Source: Octopus sinensis (lineage: Eukaryota). Taken from it: a stretch of 64,000 nt of DNA. The stretch spans positions 79,546,001-79,610,000 of the forward strand of contig NC_043002.1 in NCBI RefSeq assembly GCF_006345805.1, read 5' to 3'. Below are positions 39,202-53,044 of this stretch, one piece after another (the stretch's first letter is position 1; each line of letters starts with the position of its first letter). The translations under genes were made by a program, and so were the position numbers. A model generated the notes under the pieces. That model was not told where the DNA came from, did no database searches, and saw only the letters and a list, made by a program, of their open reading frames with translations.

Positions 39202-40135
39202 GCATATATAATATATATACATACATATATACGCATATATATACATTATATGTATATAGATGTGTGTGTATATATATATATATATGTATATATATATAGA
39301 TAAATATAGATGTACATATACGTATATATATATATATAATATATATATATATGTAATATATATATATTATGTGTGTGTGTAATTAGATGAGGTTCAGCAT
39401 AACGAGGAAGATGAACAGCACAGTCAAGGTGAATGGAAGAAGAAGAAGAAGAAGGAGAAAGAAAAGAGTCAAAGAAAACGAAAGGAGAAAGACATGGGGC
39501 TGAATGGCTCTGATGACAGCAATGGTAATTGTTTCATTCAGGAGGTCGTTTCGTGTACAGTGAGTGGCGTAAAGTCAATTAAATTGACAACGGTATATAA
39601 CTAATAATACTGTAATATGCTGTATATGTTATATATATATATATATATATATGTATGTAGCTGGTACAACTGATAATGTTGTATCCATCAAGGAGCGATG
39701 AAAGTAAATAAAAAGATCGCAGATAAATTTGAATTTATAAAGGCAAGATCGTATCTAACGAGTGTTTTTTTTTTTTTACAATTTGCTCTAAACCTCTCTG
39801 TTCTGTTTGTATCTAGCCGTTTATCTTCATGGTGGAGAGAGAAAGGGAGAGTGAGTGAGAGAGGGAGAGAAAGAGGAAGGGAAAGAGAGAGAGAGAGAGG
39901 AGGAAAGAGAGAAAGAAAGAGACAAACATTGGCAGGGAAGGGTGAAAAGGAAAATTGAAAAACGGTGAACACACGCACAAACTGGCAGATTAATATGTAT
40001 ATGTATAAGACATATATATATATATATATACACATATATATACATATACATATACCCACATATATATATATGCATATATATATATATATATTTACATATA
40101 TATATACGTATATGTGTGTGTTCGCATATACACAC

Positions 40136-40178
<43 letters not shown>

Positions 40179-41125
40179 ACATATATATATATATACATAT
40201 ACATATACATATATATAGATATATAGATATATAAATACATACAAATATGTATATATACATACACATACATGTATATATGCATACACGTATTCTCATGTCT
40301 ATATGCATGTGTATATATTTGTATCAGTATAACTATATGTATAATTACATACACACATAGCCATGTGTGTTTCTTGTATGTGTGTGTGGTGTGTGTGGGT
40401 GTTTGTGTTATAAATGTATACAGTGAGAGAGAGCGTGTATGTGAGATACAGAGAGAGAGGGAGAGAGAGAGAAGAGAGTGACGGAGAGAAGGGGAAAGAG
40501 AGAAAGTGCGAAAGAGGTAGACAATGAAAAGTAAAGAAAAAGAGAAGGTCGTGTCAGTGTTCCACTCGCAATAACCATGCTAGCAAGTATGGTCTTATCC
40601 AGTTCCACTACACTCAGTACAAACTCAAATGGCCAGGGAATTAATTATGAAGATTTGAACAGTTGTTGACATATCTACCTCCCAGTGGAGGTTGGGGGGC
40701 TGACAATATTATATACAATCTGTAAAAGACATATTTCCTGAGAACGTGCTTCTTGGACATACGAAGTAAGTTCTTGATGAATCAATTAACCAGCCTCCAC
40801 ATCGTCGCCTTTGTCAATCGAAACTTATATTTTTTGCCTCAATTTCTCTCTCCCTCACCCTCTCTCTCTTTCTTTCTCTCTCTCTCACATACACACACTG
40901 AGGACTTCTTGTATGTTATTTGGAGGCACATCTCAAAATACTTGAGATTTTTTTCTCTCTGATTTCCAGTTCATGGCTTTAGCAATATCCCAACCCCCAT
41001 CATTATCCAAATCTTTTGTCACCGAATACTACTCATTTACTTCACAAGTGGTGTCAATCTAAGGACAATCGCTGGAATTCTTCTTTTACAATATTTGGAA
41101 TTTCTTAATCATTTCTATGTTAGAC

Positions 41126-41590
41126 CCGTGTCTCTCAAACATATTTTATGTATAGACCCTTCTTTGATCCTTATTTTACTCCGTTAGCTCCTTATAGCCG
41201 TTCAATGTTTTAAAAGACACTATTATTTTATTATAATTAAATATCATTATAAATTCTACTTTTAAAAAATGTTAAAATATTTTTTGTGTCGTAGAAGTAT
41301 GATCAATTAATTACACATACATTTTAACAACAAAATTTTATAAGGACCCACAAGAGTCATATGGACTCCTAAGAATCATATAGATCACTAAGAGCCATAT
41401 GGATCCATAAAAGTTATATGGACTACTAAGAGGCATATGGACCCCCAAGAGTCATATGACCTCCAGAGTCTTAAGGACTCCTAGAGTCATATGGAACCCT
41501 AAGAGTCATATGGATCCATAAAATTTATATGGATTCCTAAGAGTCATATGGACCCCTAAGAGTCGTATACATCCCGGCTGAGAACCACAG
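41126..41590. mobile_element. hAT MITE with internal ~20 bp minisatellite
   Basis: Imperfect TIRs CCGTGTCTCTCAAAC / GGCTGAGAACCACAG; 8-bp TSD TGTTAGAC / TGGTAGAC (7 of 8); about 11 copies of TAAGAGTCATATGGACYCC at 41340-41570. Confidence 0.75.
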
Positions 41591-42420
41591 TGGTAGACAT
41601 TACGAGGCTAAGTTTATCGAATCAAAAGATAACTGGTCGCATCGTAGAAAACTTTCGCTGCTGCCACATCTATAATTCTTGACTCCCTAGGATTTTATAA
41701 ATTTTATTTTGCTTTATATTATTTAATGAATATATCAGGAAAGGAATGGCTGTATCTCTCATAGTTTCTCAAAGCAGAGGCCTTTTTAATAGCAGTAAAA
41801 GAGAGATATAGAAGAAAATAGACGCACGTCCGTTGACAAGTGGTTGGTTCCTAGTAAATAGTTGCCTAATGAGCGAAGCGTGTTGCTCTACGCTCGCACA
41901 ACCATAATTGTGCCGTAAGAAACAAATAAATAAACAAATAAATACATAAATAGATAAATAAAATAAATCAGTTCTTTGTTTTCTTGTCGTAATGCGTAGA
42001 TATCCATATGTTCTTTAATCTGCGGCAGTCTTTCGTACTTGTGAGAGTATATATTATATATATATATATGTATATGTGTGTGTGTGTGTTGTGTGTGGTG
42101 TGTGTGTTGTATGTGTCTGTCTGTGTGTGTAGGTATAAATATATACATATATATATATATAATAATATATATAATATATTTTATATATATATACTTATAC
42201 TAATGTATATATGTATATATACATATTGTATATATATGTTATATATATATGTATAGACATATATTATTTATATATATACATATATATGTGTGTATTCATA
42301 AACATATATACGTAAGCGCAGAAACATACATCACACACACATATATATATACTCCACCATCCCATGTACATATGTGTATATCATTATGTATATACACATG
42401 TGTGTATATACATATAGATA

Positions 42421-42467
<47 letters not shown>

Positions 42468-43143
42468 GTGTGTGTGTGTGTGTGTGTGGTTTATATATAT
42501 GTATACATGCACGCGTACACACACATAGGCACAAGCACACACACACACACGCGCATACACTCATACTTCGTTGCTAGACGCTTAATTTCTTAACGAAACG
42601 CACGAACATCGCATTATTCCATTTGGCCACCTCCACAAATCTGAGATGTCATGCCTGTGCACGAAGCAATTATTTTATGTCCTTAGAGCCTACCATATAT
42701 TAAATATATATCTAAAGAGCCGATAAGAATCTGTTTATATAGCTATATTATCCGTGCTCTTTATCAGATTCATCACGTAACGTGTACTGCTCATTCATTT
42801 CACTTGGTCTCAACTAGACAGTCTGATATTAGATAGCTTATCAATTTATCAATAGTAAATACAGTTTTGGAAGTGTAGGAAAGATTAAATGATAGGCACA
42901 CACATACGTATACGCATAGAGACGCGTGCAGACATATGGAGAAACTAAGAAAGTTAGAGGAGGTGAAGCAAAGAGAAAGAGAGAGAGAGAGAGGGAGAGA
43001 GGGGGGGGGCGTGGAAGAAAGAGAGGGAGTAAGAGAAATCGGGAACAAGAAAATGTCGGCTGTCGCAAAATACCGTAACTTTCGGTTGGTTGGCGTTTGT
43101 TTGTTGTTGCACCATGTTCCTGTTACAACTTGGATTGATGATG

Positions 43144-43180
<37 letters not shown>

Positions 43181-43225
43181 TGATGATGATGATGTGATGA
43201 TGATGATGATGATAATGATGATGTC

Positions 43226-43259
<34 letters not shown>

Positions 43260-43887
43260 TTAGTGATAATCATAGTAATGATGATAATGATTTTAATGAC
43301 TTCTAACATAATTAGGCCGGATAATGTTGCTGCTGCTGCTACTACTACAACTACTACTACCACTACTACTACTAGTTGTAGAAGTAGTAGTTGTTGTTGT
43401 TAGCATTGTCGCAATGTTAGCGATTATTTCTATTGTTCTATGATCGTGTCAAGTTTCTTTAAAGTCTGAAGACTTTTCTGAAGCAAATATTCATAGGATA
43501 TGTGTGAAAATGTTTCACTGAAAATATGATACAGTATGCTGGCGTAGGGCAAGTGGTTGAGAATTTTCTACGAGAAGCATGTTGTGGCGGCTTCCATTCC
43601 ATTCTGTGTAAAGTTGGGTAAATGTCTTCTACTAAAACTCCAGATAGAGAAATGCCTTGTCAAAGAAGTTTCTTGCTGAAAAGAGAACGGTAAAATCTGT
43701 GTTTGTGTGTGTGTGAATGAGTGTGTGTCTGCGTGCGCGTGTGTGTATATATGCTGTTAACTGTATGACGTAACCTGTCAATTTGATCCTTTTACGTAAA
43801 GGAATTTAGCACTACATGGACGAATGCATACACATTCACAACACACCCTCCATACACATACACACATACATACATACATACATACAT

Positions 43888-43962
<75 letters not shown>

Positions 43963-43967
43963 TATAC

Positions 43968-44012
<45 letters not shown>

Positions 44013-44153
44013 CTGCTCGCTTACCCCCGGGGGGCGTCATTTGGTCATTTGAAAGGCTACAACACTGCGAAGCGCATTGTGACCAGCAATGTGTAGCAAC
44101 ATCTGATAGCCAGGTCGGTCACGGTGATCATATATATATATATATATATATAG

Positions 44154-44185
<32 letters not shown>

Positions 44186-44198
44186 GTATGTATATATA

Positions 44199-45031
44199 TA
44201 GTATCTCACAGAAGTATGTACACCCTAAAAAGTTTCAGTAAAGTTGCCATTACTCTGATAATATCGAAGGAAATCAAGCGAAATCTATATTGAATAAAAT
44301 ATATTATACATGGGAACATTATACAAATTTGGAACACAAAACAACAAACATTTTCAAAGATATGAGCAAATATTAATTTTCAATCGGTTCAAAAATATGT
44401 ACACCGTAAAGGAAATTTGCTATATTCACTATTTTATCCACTTTTTTTTTACTAATTTCAGGTAATTGCTGATAATTTCAATTCTGATAAGTTATTTCTC
44501 CGGGCATTTTGTACCGGTCTGCAGGAATTCCTGCATCTGCAGGAATTCTGATTTGTGTACTGTGGTGAAAATCTTTTTCATTGTGATTAAAATGGCACAA
44601 AAAGGAAAAGAATTGTCTGATAATTTGACGAAAATTATTTTTAATTTGCACAAGAATGGTTTAGGATACAAGTTAATTAGCAAACGAATACATATTAGTG
44701 TAAACACAGTTGCCAAAGTAATTCAGAAGTACAAAGCTACTGGACGGCGAAGCAATAAACATCGGGTAGGTCGTTCTTCTATTTCAACTGCCCGTGATAT
44801 TTGTCACATCCAACGTTGCGTGATGGATGACAGGCGTCGTACCGCTTCGTCTTTGGCCCAAGAAGCGTTTTCTATTAGAGGAAAAAGTGTATCCGCCAAA
44901 CAGTTAGCCGAAGTTTGAACCAGTGTGGTCTTCATGGACGCATTCCTTGTAGGAAGCCTCTTTCCATTACCAGTCATAAATCAAGTCGTCTTTCATTCGC
45001 CGAAACCTATGTTAGAGGAAAGAGTTTTTTG
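44199..45031 (+). mobile_element. Tc1-family transposon, 5' half, truncated by assembly gap
   Basis: TA + TAGTATCTCACAGAAGTATGTACACC terminus with an inner direct repeat at ~44395; transposase from 44592 MAQKGKELS...GRxS...then frameshift to LNQCGLHGRIPCRKP...RLSFA. Confidence 0.9.
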
Positions 45032-45131
45032 NNNNNNNNNNNNNNNNNNNNNNNNNNNNNNNNNNNNNNNNNNNNNNNNNNNNNNNNNNNNNNNNNNNNN
45101 NNNNNNNNNNNNNNNNNNNNNNNNNNNNNNN
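45032..45131. other. Scaffold gap (100 N)
   Basis: Run of N. Confidence 1.
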
Positions 45132-45288
45132 ATTATGTTGTTTTGACTAATCTTGAAACGTACGTTCTCGAATAACCTTAGCATTTGATTTTTCGATGTC
45201 ATTACCCCCAACTTTTGTGAGTTAAATTTGCAAACACTATACATTATATATGCACACATATGTAGGTATAGATATCTATATCTATCTA

Positions 45289-45329
<41 letters not shown>

Positions 45330-45332
45330 TTA

Positions 45333-45430
45333 TATATAGAAGAAGCTTCTACAGGACTAGAACTGTTTCATTCAAGGAAGATTTCTCTTGAATGAAACAG
45401 TTCTAGTCCTGTAGAAGCTCCTTCTATATA
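45333..45430. other. Near-perfect 44 bp hairpin, 10 nt loop
   Basis: 45344-45376 is the exact reverse complement of 45387-45419; then one mismatch and 10 more base pairs. Confidence 0.9.
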
Positions 45431-47228
45431 ATAAATTAATTTTACTCTACTATGTATTGAGTACCTTATTTACTGTGGTTAACCCCGAATCAACCCGGGA
45501 CCTACATATATATATATATATATTATATGTGCGTGTGTGTGTGTGTGCGTGCACACGCGTGTGTATTTGTGAAACGATAATATATATATATCATATATAT
45601 TATATATATATATATATTACACATATATATATATTATATATAACTACACAACACACACACACACATATATGCATTGATAATCCACAAATATACAATATAT
45701 ACTTATCCGGCAAATGTGTTGTCGAGTATACTCAATGTTTCTTAACTTAGAATAAAGCAAGAAAATCTGTGGAAAATATGTGAAATGTTTTTTCTAAATA
45801 TTTCGATAATCTTCAAATAGGTAGGAGGTTTTCCTTCTTTCTGTCTCCCTCTTTTACTTTTGTGAAGGTTCGGTAGGTAGTAGTAGATATAAGTAAATAT
45901 ATAGACATGAGCAAACATATATAAGAGAAAAGAGGAGACTGAAACCTATGTGTAGGGGGAAGTGTTAATGAAATAATGTATAAAGTTGGATCCTGGGTAT
46001 ATCTTACTTCATTTGAAAGAGAGAGCTGTGTGCATGTATGTCGAAAGTGGGAGTGTTCTATATGGTGTAATCAGCCGCCAATCCAAAAGTCTGATTGATG
46101 TATAAATAATGACTATACACAATAGTTGAAATAGTGAAAAGCAAAAAAACAACAAAAAACCTAAAAAACAAAAAAGCAAAAATTCTACAGAACAGTAGCA
46201 AAACAAAACAAAACAAAACATATCATTGTGTTATATGTGAGAGACCCATTGACATATCCACCTTCTCTCTGGTATGACTTCATTGGTTGTTAATGATGTC
46301 TCTGGTTAATGAACGTCTTCTGTCACGTGACTTAATAACCATTGAGTCTTTATCAGGAACATTATTAACTATCACTCTACCACAAGGCTTAATATTTCGT
46401 TGTCTCAATCAGATGTTATTATGTATGTATATATATATATGTATATATATAGAGAGAGATAGGGAGAGAGAGAAAGGGAGAGAGAGAAAGGTAGAGAGAG
46501 AAAGGGAGAGAGAGGGTGAGTGAGAGAGTGATTATACTTGTACATATATTTATGTATATGTTTGTTTGTCTATCCCCCTATCAATACACACACACATGCA
46601 CATATATTTGTATATATATTCTGTTAATAGAGAAAATTTAGTAGAAATAATTAATAGTTTCTATTACTAACTCTTACCACTACTAATACTAAAACTACCA
46701 CGAACTACTAATACTACTACTAAACAGAAATAAACAAGGAAAAATAAGCTTTAAGTTATGCATATGCACAGTTTTGTCCTTATTGCAATAATGCCTGAGT
46801 TTCTGAATGTTTATCAGGACGAGGGTAGTTTCACCTTCGTCTCGTATAGTGTTGATGTACGAGTTTTTATCCCCTCTGACCCTTCTAAAAGGGCACATGC
46901 ACAAGAAACCCTAACATATCCTTATAACCATGATAATGAGAAAAAGGAATTTTATCTAAATCTCTATTTAATCCTAACGGATTACTTGAACCTCTTTCAT
47001 GTAAAAAAAAAATGTAAAATCATTACACCTGCAATAATAAATGGAAAGAAGAAAAAAAAATGAACACAGAAATATCGACCTAAAGTAGCATTATCTAGAG
47101 AAAAACCTCCTCAAATGCAATAAACTAAAACTTCACCAATATAACGAACAACAGAAACTAAATTAGTAATCACTGTAGCCTCTCAAAATGACATACGCTC
47201 AAACATACCTATATATAATAAAAGGTGA

Positions 47229-47512
47229 AGGCGCATGGCTCTGTGGTTGTGAGCTCGAATCCCGGACCGGGCTGCGTGTTGTGTTCTTGAGCGAGACACT
47301 TTATTTCATGTTGCTCCAGTGCACTCAGCTCTAGAAATGACATCATTGCGGCATCATTGATGAATAAGCTGTATCGGCCGTTGGCTTTCCCTTGGATAAC
47401 ACTGGTGACGTGGAGAGAGGAGGCCGGTATGCATGGGCGACTGCTGGTCTTCCATAAACAACTTTGCCCGGACCTGTGCCTGGGAGGGTAACTTTCTAGG
47501 TGCAATCCCATG
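47229..47512 (+). mobile_element. tRNA/CORE-type SINE, family D
   Basis: GGCGCATGGCTC head, GAGCTCGAATCCC B box, CTTGAGCGAGACAC; second copy at ~49105-49430. Confidence 0.8.
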
Positions 47513-47689
47513 GTAAGTGTCGTGACCGATAGGGGGGTTTCAGAATATATTTGTACACATATGTTATATAGTAGTTTTCATGTTCTGCAGTTCATGTTGG
47601 CATTTAATTGGAAAGAAACTCTTCTTTTCAATTTCATATTGGAATCAGTTTCCATATATTTTAGATTCTTACGCATATTCCATAACTAC

Positions 47690-48230
47690 CCTCTTTAAAA
47701 CTTTGCACAGTAAATTCAGAATTATGTTCTGACATGAATTCTGCCATTGTGCGGTGTTTTTTGAAATGTTTTCAGTGATGTTTGCTGTTCAATATACAAT
47801 TTTCTTTGACTAGATCTTTCATGTTAGAGCTTTGAAATATGATTGATAGATTTGCTTTTATGATGTTGAATACTTTTGTCACTCCTGGATCATGCGTATT
47901 GATAATCGGAATAGTTTTCCCGTCAACATTTTCTAGGCGACTTCACTTATAGTATATTTACTCTCTTTGCTTTTTAAATCCCGTTGTCTATTAATTTCAA
48001 GGGGTGGTTTTGAAGCCGTAAAAAGTCTCTAAGTTTATCAAGTCGAATTATCGAAATATACTATAGGAAGTCTTATTTACGCCAGAGTTCAACACCTCTT
48101 GCGCAAATACATCTCGCTATACTATACAGAATGTTTCGCTTGATGTGTGGTAAAAGCACAAGTTCAAAACTGGTGCGTGTGTCTGTTTTGTTTTCTTTTG
48201 TGTAAAATATATCACTCGTTAATTTGAAGT

Positions 48231-48262
<32 letters not shown>

Positions 48263-48273
48263 TAATTTTATAT

Positions 48274-48328
<55 letters not shown>

Positions 48329-49040
48329 ATATATGAAATAATTTTATATGGATGTCTAAAATAAGTAGGTCACTTTAACAGATTTCTGTTGGGAATTTAA
48401 TGGAGGGATGAAGGGCGTTTAGAATATAACAAAATATTTGAAGTTAGTCACTTCACTTGTTTCTCCAGAATAAGCTAGTTGTCGAGGAAGTATTTCTACT
48501 TCTCAATAAAGTAATTCTTAAGATTTTGACTAAATATTCCTTTTACTTCTTGGAATAATTTTTTTCTAAGTAACTCATTATGAGATATACTTGTTCTCGT
48601 AATTGTTCTTTTATCACCTTACAATTTTTTCATCAAAGCTAAACGTGTTCTCTTCTTGTACTAAACGTATAGCTTTGATGACGAAGTTAGTTTTGAATCT
48701 TTATTTAGATTTAATATTTCTACATAATTTTCTACTAAGAATCCCGCTACTTCTATGCTTAATGAGCATATCATCATACTAATATAAGAGGATTACTTAG
48801 GTTGAAGCTTGTTAGAATAATTCCTTCTGGGATGGTTGATCGGTCATGTTTAAAGAAATCCATCTCATCGTGTATGAAAGCGGGGTTCAATAAGCATAAC
48901 GGTTTGGGAAGTAGATATAATAGATGACCCAGATGTTGTGTTGGAGATTGAGAGATAAACATAAATATAGACACACACAAATTTGATACTGGACTAAAAA
49001 TTACGATGTGTATTATTCTTGTCACTTTTGGTTTCAAGAA
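47690..49040 (-). pseudogene. Degenerate Penelope-like (Neptune-type) reverse transcriptase
   Basis: Minus translation TQHLGHLLYLLPKPLC..PAFIHDEMDFF...IPEGIILTSFN / ENTFSFDEK / MSYLEKKL / KYFLDN (decayed RYLDD) / YLDI, then thumb-region remnants; interrupted by (TA)n. Confidence 0.75.
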
Positions 49041-49104
49041 TAATATTCGATTTTGGTGTTTAGTCTGCTTGGATCTCCTCAGACCAAATTGATTTATTGA
49101 TTCT

Positions 49105-49430
49105 CGCTTGGCTCAGTGGTTAGTGCATCGGCCTCAATAATGAAGTAGTGACTTCGATTCCCGGACCGAGCTGTGCGTTGTGTTCTTGAGCAATACACTT
49201 TATTTCACGTTGCTCCAGTTCACTCTGCGGTAGAAAGGAGTTGCGATGTCACTGGTACCAAGCTGTATCGTCCTCTGCCTTTCTCTTGGATAACACATGT
49301 GGCTCTAAGAGAGGAGACTGGCACACATGGGTGACTGCTGGTCTTCTATAAACAACCTTGACCGGACTTGTGCCTCAGAGGGGAACTTTCAGGGGTGCAG
49401 TCTCATTGTCATTCATCACCGAAGGGTGCC
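49105..49430 (+). mobile_element. SINE family D
   Basis: Colinear with 47229-47512. Confidence 0.8.
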
Positions 49431-50280
49431 TTTATCTTTTACCGTTATGTTCACAGTATTCTTTATTTTACCAATTCCTTACTATCTTTGGATATATTAA
49501 GTTTACATCATCACAAGTGAAGGCATTTGAAAGATACACATAAATATAATTTGTTGAACTCTATGCATGCTGGATTTCGGTCAAGCGTTCTGTATCTAGT
49601 TCTGGAAATTATGTTTGTAAACGACAGACTATGCTGATGATCTTGCAGATGTTCGCGTGTACCTATACGTGAATATTAACAAGTTAAACTGATTAGTACA
49701 TAGGTAATCGTTTTTTATTTCGTATATTTTCATTTACCTTGCTTATTTTTTTACACTTTGGTTTTTTGCTGAGTTTTTTCTTGAGAACACATTCTTCGTG
49801 GAAAATAGCGATTTTGACGTCTATATCTAGCATATTGACTGTCCACTTTTAGTGGTCATTCCTTTAAATTTTGTATGTATGTATGTATGTATCTATGCAT
49901 GTATGTGTATATGTATGTGTGTGTATGTGTGTTTGCGTGTGTATATATATATGTGTGTGTGTGCTTGTGTATATATGAATGCGTATATGTACATATATAT
50001 AGACAGTGGTAAATTGTAAAACATAACTGTCACTACTACTACATGAATATGAAGATTGCATAGTTTAATGCATTAAAGTACTAGTTCAGTCAGAATTGAC
50101 ATTTAATATTCTATCATTTCATTATATTATATTATATTATATTATATTATATTATATTATATTTTATTATATGTTATATTATTATGAGATTGTAAATAAA
50201 ACGTGAAAATCAAAGTTGGAATTTCTTGGAGTAATAACATACATACATACAAATACATACATATTATATATATATATATC

Positions 50281-50362
<82 letters not shown>

Positions 50363-51627
50363 ACACTCGTACACACATATTTATGAACATACGTATGTAT
50401 GTATGTGTTTATATATGCATGAAGTAAAATGAAGAAAAGATCTTAAAATAACTAAAACAATAAAGAAGCACGTGTACATAATAATGTTTGATGGGTCCAC
50501 AAGGGGACGGAATGCTTTGACGTTTCCATCATTGGTCCTTCTTCAGAATGAAAAAATGAAGAGGAAGCGCAGGAAGAGAGAGAGAGAGAGAGAGAGAGGG
50601 GGGGAAGAGGGGAGAGAGAGAGAGGAGGTGTTTGAAAATTGCAGAAATATACACTAGTTATGACATAGGCCACCGATTTTCGCCCCATTGCATGGTTTGA
50701 TAAGGTTTTCACTGGTAAAATCGTTGTTGTGCAATATATTGAGAGGGATTTGGTAAATGGAAATTGTGCAGAAAGCAAATCTAGCTTAAGAGACCGTTTC
50801 GTTCCAAAGCAAGCGTAAAATTCTTTGATTAGTACTTTGGCTCTTTCCTTTCCACGAAAATCTTGAGTGATTTATCTAGTTTCAGATGTATATGTCTGTG
50901 CGTGTGTGCATTTTTGTGTATTTGTGCGTGCGAGTAGGCCTGAGTATGAGTATGTGTTTGTGAGCGCCGTTAGTCCGATGTGTGCGTGTGTGTTTTTGTG
51001 AGTGCGGGTAGGCCTATATGTGTATGTGTGTATGTTAATTTATCTTTTCTGTGTCTCTATCTGAATTTCTTTTTCTTTCTCTCTTTCTCCCCCTTCATTC
51101 TCTTTATCTTTCTCTCCTGGCATACGCTCCTGTAGACTCAGGAATATTGCATCGCTGAGACTTTTTATTTGTTGTAATATTACATAGCTTTTCTATGAAA
51201 AAAAAAACATAATTCTAGTATTATTCTACGGTCAATCTAATTCACCTTGATATTTAATTAGACGTACTGATTGACCGAATTCTCACAAAAATGCTTATAA
51301 TTTATAGTTTCATATATAAGGACACACAACTTATTTGTCAATTCTATTTCGTGTAAAAATTCTTCATTTTTGCGGCTAAAACTAGATTAATGACCCGCGA
51401 GGAAAAAATAAAAATAAAATAGCAACAACAAACGTAACAAGACCACCATACATTATGTATCAACTTAGTGGGGTCGATACATACATCTTTGTAGTTTTGT
51501 GCCGTATCGATTTTAAATGGTAAAGCTCCAGAAAGGATTTATCTCCAACTATGACTCTCTTTGATCATGTATCGAACGAGATCGATTTCCGTGTAGTTAA
51601 CTTGAGATATATATGCATTGCCAAGGC

Positions 51628-51655
51628 CATGTGCTTGTTATTATTATTATTATTA

Positions 51656-51701
<46 letters not shown>

Positions 51702-51751
51702 TATTATTATTACTATTGCTGTTGTGGTTATTGTTGCTGTTGTTGTTGCTG

Positions 51752-51813
<62 letters not shown>

Positions 51814-52006
51814 GTTATTATTGTTATTGTTGTTATTATTATTATTATTATTATAATTATTATTATTATTATTTATTATTATTGTTATTATTATTATTGT
51901 TATTATTATTATTAGTATTATTTTTATTATTATTATTATTATCATCGTCATTATTATTATCATTATTATTATTATTGTTCTTCTCCTTCTTCTTCTTCTT
52001 CTTCTT

Positions 52007-52037
<31 letters not shown>

Positions 52038-52055
52038 TTATTATTATTATTATTG
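51628..52055. repeat. (TTA)n / (TTG)n / (TTC)n trinucleotide complex
   Basis: Directly visible. Confidence 0.95.
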
Positions 52056-52331
52056 GGCACCAATCTTCTACATGCTCAACGATCTCGCACATATAAACTT
52101 CCTTATGACACGCAATTCATTTCGATCTTGAATGATTGTTAGTGGAAGCCACATAGATTTACCGTGTTTTACATTTTTCACAATATTTTCACAATTCTTA
52201 TTCCTTCTCTAATATTTCCACGTATGCACTCTTGTAGAAAATATGGATGCGAGAAACTACACGATTACTACTGTATGAGTGCGAAAACTAATAATATATA
52301 TTTGTGTTTATTTTATTGTTCCTCAATACGC

Positions 52332-52370
<39 letters not shown>

Positions 52371-52383
52371 CACATTTATATAT

Positions 52384-52452
<69 letters not shown>

Positions 52453-52867
52453 TAATATATGTTTGTGTGTATGTATATATACGTATTTTTATGCGCCCTT
52501 TTCAAGCCGAAACGGGCTCATGGGCCCGGCTTCGCGGTTTCTGTGGCGTATGTGTTCCCCCCAACGTAGAGAGAACTAGATACATAGTCTCTGGATTGTG
52601 ATATGAAAAAGTGATGTTTCCTGCAAGATCAAATTATTATGAATTTGAATACACGTATGAATGTGTGTTTATGTGTGTATCTGATTATTTTAACAACAAC
52701 AACAATGGACATGAAAAATATATATCAAGTAACGTAAAAGCGGTGTTATTGTTTGGGGCTGAGACATAGCGAATAACTGTTAAGTCAAATAAGTAAATAC
52801 AATTATTTATCAACTGATGCTTGCGTAGTATTATTTAGTATTATTTGGCGTCCATCGCAGCGTTACT

Positions 52868-53044
52868 AAAGAAACAGGAAGAGAGAGGGTGAGAGATGTT
52901 GGGGTGAAAGAGTACAGCAGGGGTCGCCACCACCCGCTGCCGGAACCTCCTGGAACTTTAGGTGTTTTCGTCCGGTCTGAGAATCGAAACCGCGATCCTG
53001 CGACTGCGAGTCCGTTACCCTAACCACTGGGCCATTGCGCCTCC
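52868..53044 (-). mobile_element. SINE family C, 5' part
   Basis: Reverse complement of 24579-24760. Confidence 0.8.

Noticed and set aside
41340-41570. CRISPR-like repeats
   Set aside because: No unique spacers, eukaryotic context; it is a minisatellite inside a hAT MITE.
44466-44918. Active Tc1 transposase gene
   Set aside because: Frameshift near 44915 and truncation at the gap; the catalytic DDE region is not seen.
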